NCBI RefSeq assembly: GCF_006345805.1
Contig: NC_043002.1
Coordinates: 78,120,001-78,184,000, forward strand
Source: Octopus sinensis
Taxonomy: Eukaryota
Length of the DNA: 64,000 nt
Direction of reading: 5' to 3'
Shown here: positions 1-12,253 of the stretch, piece after piece
Layout of the letters: each line of letters starts with the position of its first letter
Position numbering within the stretch: the first letter of the stretch is position 1
Program-made: the position numbers and the translations under genes
The notes under the pieces: model-generated
What the model was told of the DNA's origin: nothing
Seen by the model: the letters and a program-made list of their open reading frames with translations, nothing else
Databases searched by the model: none

Positions 1-1678
1 CATGTAAAAATTGAACCTACATTCCTAAATTCATTACCAGCTGTGTAAGCATGTTCATTTAAATATGATTGCATACTAATTAGATGAGCATTAAGCAGTG
101 TTGAATGAAATATAGTTTATATAGTTATATTTAACATGTTCATGTAAATTTGGACATGGAGTTTATTTCTTCTTTCAAGATAACTTGTGCAGCATATTGT
201 CTTTCCATGACCAGCTGCATAAGAATATGTTAAATATGACTACATAACTAAATGTAATTGCATATATTTAACAATCTCTCCAAGTAAAACCTCCCAAGTT
301 ATTTGTTGAAATGTTCTTTTTCTTTTTCTAAGTTCTATTTTTTGTTGATTCTGTCTCCATGAATGAAAGTAATTAAATCTTAATCAAAATTAAAGGACTT
401 CTGATATAAATACTTTGTTCTATTTATTATTCATATAATTTATGTAGATTAATATTTTTTTGCTAATGTCTTGTTCTTCTATGATATTTTTTTTTTCTTT
501 ATTATTGTTTTCTTGGTTTTAAAGAATGAAATTTATTGGGGAGCACATTATTATTTTTGCATATGTGAGACTTCTTTATTCATCTGTTTCTCATTCTGAA
601 TTAATGATTTCTTTTGATATATTTCTAAATCTATATTTTCAGAGGAATTTTTATCTCTTCATTTCAGTATAATATTTTTAAGAATTGTCCCATGAGTATC
701 TCTATCGTTTTACAACCAGTCTGATTGGATCCATCCTCGAAATGCCAACTGCATCAAATTGCAAGTGGAAGTAATTTAGTAATTTCCTCTTGAATAGATC
801 CTTTTATTAATTAGGTCCTTCAAATGTCCCAGAAGACACTAGTAATTGACCCCCACTATGTTATTTTTGCCTTATATATAGTCTGCGTGTGAAACACTGT
901 CTTTATAAAACTTAGAGTTAAATATTCATTCCACGTGTCTTGCTTTTTCCCATTTTTTTTCTTAACTTAACAACTTTATTTTATTTTATTCTTTAGGGAT
1001 TCATAAATTTTATGTAATATTCTTTATGTACAATGTAACTTTTTATAAAAGTAGAGGAAGTTTTTGCTTCTAAAACATTTATAGGAGGTAGATTTTATTC
1101 TCTAATTATCTGGGCATTTTTTTGCTTTTATCAGGGATAAAAAGGAAATTGATAACAGCTGTAAGTCTGTGATTATAACTAACTCACAGCTAATAGTCTA
1201 GTGAGGAGAGAAAAAAAAAACAATGCTGTTATATACTGAGCTTAATACTGAAGCCAACTACACTTTTTATCCTTTGGAGCAGATAAACCAAATATCAGCC
1301 AAAATACAGGGATCAATAAAATTGACCACACCTGCCCCATAAAAATCTAACCCTACGTCCAAGATAAAAATCATCATTAAAAAGGATTATTATTATTTTT
1401 TTGTTTTGTTTAGTGAGAGCAGACATAGCAGTGTTGGATCACATGCTTTGCATGCAGGATTTACTTACACTACTTAACATTCTAATATGTTAATTTAAGT
1501 ATATGTTTAATGTTTTTAATTTTAATGTATTATCAATTTATTTATTAATTTTCTTTTTATATTAGTTTTGTTTTTGTGATTAATAAATGGCTGATGACCA
1601 ACTTATTTAATATTACATTTATGTATTTGTTTCACATGGTTCTTGATGTGAAATCGTGTGTTGAAACAGATATTGCTA

Positions 1679-2538
1679 TACATGGAGATGGTAATATTTT
1701 GCCAATTAAACACACACACATGCTATATATTTGATCTACAATGGAAGGAAGGTTTTTATGATACTTTGGTGATATCTCCTTCCATTATAATTATTCTGTT
1801 GATTCAAGGAGCTGGAAATACGAGCGGTGTAAATTCAATAACTGTTTATTCAGAGGTGCTTCATACAAGGGGTTTGCTTTCAGTAACCATCTTCACAGCT
1901 GTGTGTAGTTAGCCTTCTCTCCCATACACACGAGATTCAATAACCTCTGGAGACAATGCATATGGTATCACAGTGGGACAAAAGTCCACTGTGAGCTCCT
2001 GGCTTCGAAGTCTTGCTCGGCATCAGTGTGAAAAGAATGAGAGGGAAAATGTTGTCTTTTCCCTAAAAAATAGTTGCAGGCAAGATCTCGTTTTTGTCTC
2101 GTGTATGGTAATGGTTGCAGGCGAAATCTTGCTGTTTGAAAATGGTACTGGCTTCTTTGTGCCTTGTATAAGATCTTTACTGCAGCTTTATTATTTTTGT
2201 TTCTTTGTCAAAGCTCTTTTGTCACACACCCTGCGACTTCTTCAGCAGCAACTCTTTATCCCATATGTCTCCTCTTGTCCTACTCAGTCCATTTTCAATA
2301 AAAAATGAACTAAGCTGGATAAGTAGGATAAAGAATCACTGAAGAGGTCACAGAATGTGTGATGAAAGAGCGGAAAATGGGATAAGCAGAACAAGAGGAC
2401 ACACATGGAATAAAGAGTCACAGGATGTGTGACACAAATTTGACAAAGAAACAAAAATAATAATAAAGCTGAAATAAAGACGAAACATATAATGCTTATT
2501 ATCTTTAATTGGCAAAATATGACCATCTCCTCCAAGTA
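1679..2538. mobile_element. TIR-bounded, TA-flanked Tc1/mariner-like non-autonomous element (~860 bp) with an internal inverted repeat
   Basis: Left TATACATGGAGATGGTAATATTTTGCCAATTAAA matches the reverse complement of the right end (TATACTTGGAGGAGATGGTCATATTTTGCCAATTAAA). About 2165-2280 is inverted relative to about 2390-2490. No intact transposase seen. Confidence 0.5.
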
Positions 2539-3440
2539 TAACAGTAGATGAACAAATAAATCATTATTTAAATTTTTTTTTAAATGTCAGGGGTTGCTAT
2601 TTAATCAGAAGAGATATAATTTGTAAATAAAAACTAGAATCCGAGGTAACAAATGGCAGTCTGATTTAGTTAAAATCAGTTCATAAAATTTTCAAATTTT
2701 ACAAAAATTCTCTACATTTGAACTTATTCAAATTTGCTATGTATTTATTGAATCACAATTCCTCCATTTTAAAATCCATTGATTATTTTAGAGTGGGAAC
2801 AGTGGCAGGAAACTTTCAAGATTTCATTTGTTTACACACTGTTGGAAATACACAATAGTTTCATACATTTGTTTCTAACATTACCATGATTATTCTTTAG
2901 ATTTGAAAGAAAAAGTTATATTTATTTACTTTATCATTTTTATTATGTATTTGCAATTTTGTTGTCTCAAATATCTCTTTTTCTGATTTTAGAGTATAAA
3001 CATTAATACATTTGTCTTCACAGAAAGTCATTTTTGTTTCAATGGAAACATGATATTTGTGTTTTTAGTAATATTTGTGCTTAAAACCTAAATTTTTCGT
3101 GCAGCTGACACAATCAACTCCAGTTTCATCAGGTCCTTGATTCCCACAGTTTAGTTGAGAGCCATAATAGGGAGTAGAATAATCATTTTTTACAGCCCCA
3201 AAATTATTTGCAGTCTGCATCCTTCCTGAGTTTATGCAAATGTTTATACCAAAGTGACATTGTGGTATCATGACCTATTAGAGCTTTAGGAATATATTTA
3301 TTAGCGCCACTACACAATTGTATGTGTGATCTCATGGTATCATTTTCCAGAGTATGATTTAAGATAAACCCAGTCTTAAATCCTACGTTTTCTGAAGGTT
3401 ACATTCACTTGTTTCAGTGTTCTAACATCAATATTTATAA

Positions 3441-3514
3441 TACAGGGTGGCCCAAAACTTGTGCTACCTATTAATATAGATTGAATGATAGCATGACTTT
3501 TGGGCTACTGTGTA
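3441..3514. mobile_element. Tiny Tc1-like MITE
   Basis: TACAGGGTGGCCCAAAA ... TTTTGGGCTACTGTGTA imperfect terminal inverted repeats with TA ends. Confidence 0.5.
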
Positions 3515-3864
3515 TCAGTAATATATGCAAGACATCAACAGTGTTTTGTATGAAATCTACATATGACAACATTTTGTGTGTTAGAAAATGTCAAAGATGG
3601 ATTTAAATAAGAAAAAACAAAATGAACAAATTGTTTAGGGGTTCTGAGGATTGTTCTATCACTTTTGAAGAATTGGTTGGTTCATGAACTCTATTTTCAT
3701 GCACAGTTCACATGCATTTTTACAATAATGTCTAAATTAAGAAAAGTAGGGCTCATGGAGGTTCACTCAATTTAGGAGGTTGTATAAACATTTAAAGTTT
3801 TTAATTCTTCAGTTTTAAGCTAGCTTTCAACCAGTAGATAGCATTAAATAAAAGAACAATGTTC

Positions 3865-4158
3865 AAACATGGTCGTTGCCAGTGCTGCTGGACTGGCTCC
3901 CATGCAGGTAGCATGTAAAAAAAATACCTTTTGAGCGTGGTCGTTGCTAGAACCTCCTGACTGACCCTTGTGCCGGTGGCACATAAAACCACTCACTACA
4001 CTCTTGGAGTGGTTGGTGTTAGAAAGGGCATCTAGCTGTAGAAACTTTGCCAGATCAGATAAGAGCCTGGTGCAGCCTTCTGGCTCACCAGTCCTCAGTC
4101 AAACCATCCTACCCATGCCAGCATGGAAAGCAGATGTTAAACGACGACGATGATGATG
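3865..4158 (+). mobile_element. SINE-like repeat with internal TGCCGGTGGCAC(G/A)TAAAA units and an RTE-type (GAC/GAT)n tail
   Basis: Near-identical family member at 49085-49497. Ends GTTAAACGACGACGATGATGATG. Confidence 0.75.
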
Positions 4159-4739
4159 AATAGCAAATGCTTTTGCTACAACTCAGCTGAAAGCAAATCC
4201 CTATTCATCCTAATAAGTTTTTGCTTTTAAAGTTGGTGATGCATATTTTTGTTTGATAACTGCTACTAGAATTAAGTAACAATTAGCATGATTGAACTGT
4301 GTAAAAAAAAATAAGAAAGAAGCAAACAAAAATAAATTAATTTTACTCATACAAAATTCTAATGCAGTTGTGATGCTTCTGCAAATGCTGAAAAGATTTT
4401 TTTAAGGGAAAGTTTGATATCATTTGCTTTTATAGATTATCAAATATTTAGGTGTCTGCAAAAATTATCTTGATGAGAGATATCCATCTTAGATTACCTA
4501 AAACCTACATTTTTGTGGGTTTTTTTAAAAGATATTTTTACCTCAAAATGTTTGAATCTATAAACAGAGTACTGAAAAGATTTTTGTCATTGAGAATCTT
4601 ATCAATACAAACAGAAAATATATACAGAATTAAAATGGGAGTTGATTCTTTCTTACCTTTTATAAGAAATCTGTTCTATATAGAATGAATGTTTAAAGTA
4701 TATGATGTTAGAATTAACCTTGTAATGAAATAATGTCTA

Positions 4740-4783
<44 letters not shown>

Positions 4784-5987
4784 TAAAAACGGTAAGAGAA
4801 CAAAAGAAAGAAAGAGACCTCAATATTATGTAAATTTCTAGATGTATATATGCATCAAAATAAAACTAAATGGAATAAATATTTTTTTTATTTGGCTACT
4901 GCATATTTTTTGTATTATATAAATGCAACTATTTGAATTCTCAGTGTTATAAAAAGACATAATTCATGGTTTAGTTCCATATGTGACAGCAGAAATCTTA
5001 ACTCTAAGTATGTTCACTGTTTTAATTACTCATTGATGATACTGAACAACTGATTGTGGTAATATTTGTTGAAAGGCATTATTGTATGGTAACTGCAACC
5101 TCCACAAAGTATTGTTGTATCCTTTAGTATTCAGATTACACTGTCAAATATAGTGTTCAATTGTTCATATTGTTTTGAATTAATCATGCTGTATCTTGTA
5201 ACTCAGAGATTTTGATGATGTGATTGTTTTCAGAATGACATTGTAGGTTGGGTGTGAGAGGCCAACACAGTCTTGTGAATACAGATATTATGAATGAATC
5301 TAATAATTCATTCATATGCAATATTCTGTTTTTAACATTGAGTTCTTGTGTACTACTTTAATTACCTGGACATCCCATCTCTTTTGTATGTATGTGTGAT
5401 TTTATGTTATTTATTACATGTGGCTGGTAGGATAGGTACAGTGCTGAAAATATGCCTTTACATTAAGATTCCAAATCCCATTGAGGCTGATTGCACCATT
5501 CTTTTATGCCTTTGTTTTTGAGATGAATTATTACTGAAACAATATAGGTTCATCACATTATTGTCAATTTTCTATTTCTATCTACACCAAGCTTCACTTG
5601 CTCTATTCTTCAATCATTTTTAGGGACCAAACTCTACATATAACCCAAAGTGTGTTTGCTCATAGACTAAAAGATGACTAAAATATACTTTCAGTAGAGA
5701 GGTTTATAATCTATCTGATCAACCTATTAATACTCTAATTTTTTTTAAAAGTGGTACTGTCTTATCATTGATATTTTGGTCGCATATTTTATACAACTTT
5801 GTTATATATGCATGAAAATTAGATCATTAAATCAATCAAATAGTTGAATTGTATTTAAATGAAATCAATACTAATTTTCTCTTTAATGTTTCTAATTTTC
5901 AATGCTCTTTCTGATGAAACTGAAGTCAAAAAAACTTTCTGGCTATAAAGCAAATCAAATAATAATAATAATTCTAATTTTTGTATA

Positions 5988-6180
5988 AGGCCAGCAATTT
6001 CGAGGGAAGTAGAAGTCAGTTACACCAACTGCAGTACTTGACTGGTACTTTATTTTATAGACCCCAAAATGATGAAATGTAAAGTTGACCATAGCAGGAT
6101 TTGAACTCGTAACTTAAGGTGCAGGAAGAGATCCTGCTAAGTATTTTGTCTAACATGTTAACAAATCTGTTAGCTAGCCA
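5988..6180 (-). mobile_element. Degenerate tRNA-derived SINE (family B)
   Basis: Reverse complement aligns to the 19144 copy (B-box GAGTTCAAATCC, central ...ATAAAATAAGTACCAGT). Confidence 0.65.
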
Positions 6181-6182
6181 CT

Positions 6183-6214
<32 letters not shown>

Positions 6215-6218
<4 letters not shown>

Positions 6219-6760
6219 TGTGGTGACATGATGAGGTAGCAAAATGCTATATTGGAAACTGTGCACAAAGTGGGGCTAGAGAGAAGCAAGACATAGTATG
6301 AGCACAAACTACAGAGAGTGACAGTCAAAGACCTGCAAAATCATCTCTGATTTTCCAATCCAAACAGATCAGGTGCTAGAGTATAACAGACTGTGCCATA
6401 TAGTTGATGTTGCATTCCCCTTGGATCCACGAATAGTCAAGCAGGCAGGCGAAAAATAGATATATACAATCCTCTTAAGTACAAAAGAGCAAGGCTATGG
6501 AAAATGAAGAGGGTGAAGATAGTGCCAATTATTGTTCGTTCCTTGGGACAGTATCAGAAGGCATCGAGGAATATAAAGGAAATCAGAATAGAGTGCCCAG
6601 TAGAACTGTTACAAAAGGTTTGTCTACTTGGCACGGCTAGAATAATCAGGAAACTATTAGATAGTTGCAAAGAACAGATAGCATGGTACCCTTGGCTGCA
6701 GGCAGCAAGCCCACTATGCATGCAAGACTCCATGAGTTACAACAAAACCTGAGATAGAAA
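6215..6760 (+). mobile_element. 3' fragment of an R4/Dong-like non-LTR retrotransposon (restriction-like endonuclease end), decayed
   Basis: Frameshifted translation gives F.IQTDQVLEYNR, DVAFPLDPRI, VKIVPIIV.SLG and LQKVCLLGTARIIRKLLD, typical of RLE C-termini. Flanked on both sides by (TAA)n. Confidence 0.75.
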
Positions 6761-6851
6761 GAATAAATAATAATAATAATGATAGTACTAAAAAAAAACC
6801 ATTTCATGTATTTGATATCTGTAATTTAACTAAATCATGTCTTGTAATGTT

Positions 6852-7035
6852 CTTTTATTCCTTTGTCTCAGCCATTTGACTGTGGCCATGCTGGAGCACT
6901 ACCTTTAGTTGAAGAAATTGACCCTAGGATTTATTCTTTGTAAGCCTAGTACTTATTTTATCAGTCTCTTTTGCCGAACTGCTAAGTTACTGGGATGTAA
7001 ACACACCAACATCAGTTGTCAATCAATGATGGACA

Positions 7036-7068
<33 letters not shown>

Positions 7069-7230
7069 CAGGCTTCTTTCGGTTTCCATTTACCAAATCC
7101 ACTCACAGGGTTTTGGTAGGTCTAAGGCTATAGTAGAAGACACTTGCCCAAGGTGTCACACAGTGAGACTGAGTCCAGAACCATGTGGTTGGTAAGCAAG
7201 CTACTTACCACAGAGCCACTCCTGCACCTA
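6852..7230 (-). mobile_element. tRNA-derived SINE (family A) with internal (CA)n
   Basis: Reverse complement of the 8001 copy along its whole length. Confidence 0.85.
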
Positions 7231-7970
7231 TATAAGTAGGTTTCTAAAATGGTCTAGTGACATGTCTACCAGAAAGAAATTAGTGAGGATACAATGTAGA
7301 TAGAACCTATTATGTACATCTAATAACACTTATCTAATTATCTGTATTAGCATGGCATTTTGTTTGCAAAAAGACAGTCTTCCTAGTACAAGGTTATGTC
7401 CTTCAATGTTTGCTGTCTATTATGTTAATGAGTCATTTCAATCGTGATTTTAACCTAACTATTTAACAATTAGATACAATTTCAAGCTGATCGCATATTG
7501 GTCACTATTACTTTTGTTTCATCATTTTACAGTAGTTTCTTGCCTCTTATACAGTGTGAAATAAAATGCATTTTATTTGGGTAGTAGAAGATGCAAAGAA
7601 TAAATTTGTTTTTGCTACAAAATGATGTCATGTATTTGTTTGCTTTTCAATGTGTTTGTTTGTTTAGTGAGCCAAGTGAGTTGGTAAAGACTAAATGCTA
7701 TTAATTTGATTGCATCTAATTGAAGTAAGCTAATATGGTGGACATCATTGGTTTTTTTTTGTGCTCATGCCAAGTCATTAAAGTTGTATTGTTATGCAAT
7801 GTCTGTGTGTGTGTGTGAGAGGGAGACAGGCAAACAAAGACAGACAAAAAGTCAAGATATAGTTTGTTTTTTAAGTTTTGGAAAATAGCTAATGTTCATT
7901 ACTTAAATCCTTCCTTGCATATACTGTAATATTTTATATTTTTAGTCCCTTACATGCAAACAAGATTATG

Positions 7971-8000
<30 letters not shown>

Positions 8001-8002
<2 letters not shown>

Positions 8003-8390
8003 GGCGCAGGAGTGGCTGTGTGGTAAGTAGCTTGCTAACCAACCACATGGCTCTGGGTTCAGTCCCACTGCGTGGCATCTTGGGCAAGTGTCTTCTGCTA
8101 TAGCCCTGGGCCAACCAATGCCTTGTGAGTGGATTTGGTAGACGGAAACTGAAAGAAGCCTGTCGTATATATGTATATATATATATATATGTGTGGGTGT
8201 GTTTGTCCCCCTAGCATTGCTTGACAACCGATGCTGGTGTGTTTACGTCCCCGTCACTTAGCGGTTCGGCAAAAGAGACCGATAGAATAAGTACTGGGCT
8301 TACAAAGAATAAGTCCCGGGGTCGATTTGCTCAACTAAAGGCGGTGCTCCAGCATGGCCGCAGTCAAATGACTGAAACAAGTAAAAGATA
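8001..8390 (+). mobile_element. tRNA-derived SINE (family A), full-length
   Basis: A-box-like TGGCTGTGTGG, B-box-like GGTTCAGTCCC, CTTGGGCAAGT segment, internal microsatellite, A-rich tail. Multiple copies in the window. Confidence 0.85.
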
Positions 8391-8586
8391 AAGAAAGATA
8401 AAGATATAAAATATATAAATTAGAAAAAACCCACTTTTTATCAATTCAACAATGAATTGATAAAAGATGATTTTTTTTCTAATTTATATACATATTATAT
8501 ATTGTGAAATTTGATTTAGTATTACTAGATAGAATTTTTCCCTGTAAGTTTGGAATAATATTCCCTAATATCATTATTATTATGTC

Positions 8587-8630
<44 letters not shown>

Positions 8631-9008
8631 TCAGTTGACTATTTTCTCATAACTTCAAGTTTCATGCTAGGTGACAATCATCTCTGAATAGCATATCAAT
8701 TGACGAATATCTCAAGATACTCCTCAGCTGATACACTATCTGATGATTGCTGTTCAGTGTGAAACTTGAAGTGATGGAGGAAAATAGTCAATTTAAGCAG
8801 TCATTTAATGGTGATATTTACTCTATTTGTTCTATTGAGTACTCTTTAATTTTTGTGTTTGCATTACACATCATTTGTAATATACTGATTGAGATTATAT
8901 ATAAACTAATGATAACATTAATTTTCTGAAACTGTCTGCAGAATTGTTTTTTTAATTTTTATTATTAGATAGTGTTAGAAAAACATTTTAAACCCCTTTC
9001 TCTCTCTG

Positions 9009-9009
<1 letters not shown>

Positions 9010-9066
<57 letters not shown>
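9010..9066. repeat. (TA)n microsatellite
   Basis: Uninterrupted TA run. Similar runs occur at about 4740, 8597 and 34896. Confidence 0.95.
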
Positions 9067-9069
<3 letters not shown>

Positions 9070-10139
9070 ATATGAAGAATGAAAAGCATTTAACATGTTA
9101 TTTCCTCTCAAATTGTTTATATAATTGTTTTTCTCATTATTTGATCAAGATGATAAGCTAAGAATGGTAATGCTGCAGAATTATTGTAAATATAGTTTTT
9201 TCCTTTGCTTTTGAAAGTATTTCAGTTATTGGCGACATCTCACTTAAACGCATAAGCTTCATTATTGTAGATTAGGAAGTCATAGCAGATTTAAGCACTC
9301 TGGAGGAGGACATTTCTGTGACTTTAATTTTAGATTTTACAAAATTTAATATTTTTGCTACTATTATATTTTAAAATTTCTATAAATATTGTATAACTAT
9401 TTTTTATTAAAGTGTTTCAGTTTAGTGTGTGTGTGTGTGTGTGTCTGTGTGTGTGTGTGAAGTTTGTGTTAGCATAGCTTCGCCCAATGTAATGTTTTTT
9501 TTCTCTCTCACTCCCCCTTTTCAAAAAGAGTAACTTTTATTTTCTTAACGGGATTTATTATATTTGCACAAGATTGTTGTTGCACAATCATGAGTTTTTA
9601 AGTTACTGAATTGGAGTTTAAATTCTGTTTTTTTTGTTTTTGCTAACTCCTTATATGGCTACTTTGCTCTACACCTTTATAGAATTTATGCTGTGCAACA
9701 AGTGGATCAAAATGCAGTTCAACTTTTGATTATTTAATATTCTTGCCAATGTTTCATTACCAAATACTATCTAATACATACATTTTTCTTGGTCATTTTG
9801 TTTTTTATTTTTATTATATTGAGAAAATATTTTTGTCTAGAGTATATACACTTTTAATGCCATTTTTTTTTATTGTAAAAACAAATACTTGGAGATTGTC
9901 TTTAAAATATCTTGTGCTAGAAAAGTACTAAATATTTCCAAGACAATCAGCAGGTAGGAGACGTGTTGGCTTCTGGGAAGTTTTCACTTAATATATAAAA
10001 AAAAAAGATATAAAAAAATATATTTGGCAATAATAATGCCCTTTCAGATATACAACACAAATCTGATTATTACTGGTTTAAATTAATAAATTCTATCTTT
10101 GTTTACTTATTAAAGTTTTCAAAGTTTGATTGGTCAGTT

Positions 10140-10550
10140 TGATTTTGTTGACACCTAGCATCTCTTTGAGTGTGTCATCGCACTTTCCCACCACTAACCC
10201 TCCATAGAACTTTCCCACCACATAGAGGACAGTGAGTGCCTGGCAGCATTCCAGATGCCACTCACCCTGTCTGGGTCTCTTCTTGACACAGGACTGCAGC
10301 TCAGTGAAGGAGATGAGCTGGAGAAAGGCCTGTTTGACAAATGCCAACCACACCTCTTCACTGTTTAGACAGAATATCTGGAGATGCCATGGCCTCATTG
10401 CATGTCTATGCATCATTAGCCATGGCATGCCCAACCCTCCATGTAGAGGGTGCTGGCAGCAGATGGACCGCCTCACCAACGGAACTTATCCCTTCCACAA
10501 GAATTTGAAGAGGTGCTCCAACTTGGTGAGGTATGAACAAGGGCCAGGCA
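10140..10550 (-). mobile_element. L1/Tx1-clade LINE ORF2 fragment (post-RT region), decayed
   Basis: Minus-strand translation LEHLFKFLWKG*VPLVRRSICCQHPLHGGLGMP matches the FLWKG...V.R....P...GGLG motif. The segment is GC-rich relative to its flanks. Confidence 0.7.
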
Positions 10551-12148
10551 TGACAGATATATTATTATATATACATTATACTATAGTGTAATATAATGAC
10601 CCATCAGTATATTACGTTATATTGTAAATAATGCTGTTTGATAAGACGAGTAGAATCCACAAAAAAACTATTTTGAATTCTCTTTTCTTTTTTAAAGGTG
10701 GTAGTGAAAGTGTGTGTGTTGGCAGTGGGGGGTTGAATACCTCAGCTTCTGATTTCCTCTCCCTTACAAATTCATTATTTAATATTATTTTTTATGTTTG
10801 TTTATTTATTGACTTTATTTACTTTTCCTGTAGGAGGTGTGCTAAAGATCCACTCTCTTGTATATTGTGTTCATTGTCCAAAAATTTCAATCAACTGATC
10901 TTATTGGAGTTATCTACCTTATTGATTTTAGTTTCCAAATTACTTGGATAATGTCAGTTAATTGAAATTTTCCAACCAGCTATTTTAAAATAGCAGTATG
11001 AAATCCTTCTGCATTCAGTGTGTAAAATGCTCCCCAGAGTTATCTTTCCCTCTTTTGTATTGCTATTGTATTACACTTTATTTCTCATTTGTATAAAGAT
11101 AGTATTTTTTTTCCAGATTTATTTTTATCCTTGGCATTGAGGGAATTTTTTCGATAGCTTAATAATTTATACTTATTTTATTGTAGCTGTATTGTAGCTG
11201 CTTACTGTTCAGCCTTTTTATTTGTTTTATTTTTAATTATATTTATTCTCAGTACACATTGAACCAAAGCAGATAATGGCATTAGACTAAGTTGGCTTCG
11301 ACAAATTAGCTACTAGTGTTACTTCAGTTTGTGACAATAAAACTATTGATTATCCAGCTAACAGAATATCAAATTGACACATGACCTTAGCTAGTAGATT
11401 GTGATCTTGAATTTGTCCCATTGATAAGGTTCATGCTATTTCCTGGCTAACTAGGTTTATGATATTTAATCCAATCTCCTATATTTTGGTATTTAAGTTA
11501 TGCCTTAAAAGAAATCAACATATGATAATGTTTTATATAATTTGATCTTGTTCTTCTTCTAAGCTAAGAACTTATGTTTAACAACAACTTAACACAAACA
11601 TTTTTTTAATGAATTAAACTGTTTATTAACCTAAACCTTAATATTATGATAGCAATATTCTACAAATTATAGCTAATTGCTAATTCAGTAAAATGTTCCC
11701 TATTTATTTTTCTTTCTATATTTGGTTTAAAAATTAAATGATTAGATTAACCTTTTTGTAAACCATATTTCTAACTGAATATACTGTCTACACGTTTTAA
11801 TTAATTTTGAATATAATAAAAAATTTTGGATGGATATAATAAAATAACTAACTTCTCCAGTGTTAAGCTTGTGTTTGAAGCATAACTTAAAATTCTGACA
11901 TAAAACCATAAAGGAATGTTTTAATTTAAAGGCAAAGAAGACTTTAAAATATAAAACAAGTTTTGTATCTTAGACAAGAGATTGTCTGGAGTGGGGTGGT
12001 GCGGTTAAATCTCTCTCTCTCTCTCTCTCTCTCCTCCTTGCTTTAGAATACTTTTTCTGCGTTGAAGTTCTTCATGGCTTGAATACTTCTTAAAATATAC
12101 AAGTACTTTCCTTATTGATGTTTTACGGTCATTACACCTGGCTTCCAG

Positions 12149-12253
12149 GTACAATACCACATGGACTTTGAGAAAAACAAGGACAAGTACACAGTTGTAG
12201 CAGACAACCCTGATATGCAACGGTGTTTGATGGCTACAAAGAATGCAAGTTTG
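12149..12253 (+). CDS. Lasp: Lasp internal exon, single nebulin repeat N1 (VQYHMDFEKNKDKYTVVADNPDMQRCLMATKNASL), 105 nt, phase 0-0
   Basis: ttccAG|GTACAA acceptor, TTG|GTATGA donor, 35 open codons. The YHxDFEK..K...VAD.P pattern matches the core exon at 45455 and nebulin repeats generally. Confidence 0.85.

Noticed and set aside
3065-3271. Minus-strand 68-aa ORF with Cys/Gly-rich, protein-like text
   Set aside because: No recognisable domain, no convincing splice sites, and antisense within an intron. Likely chance.
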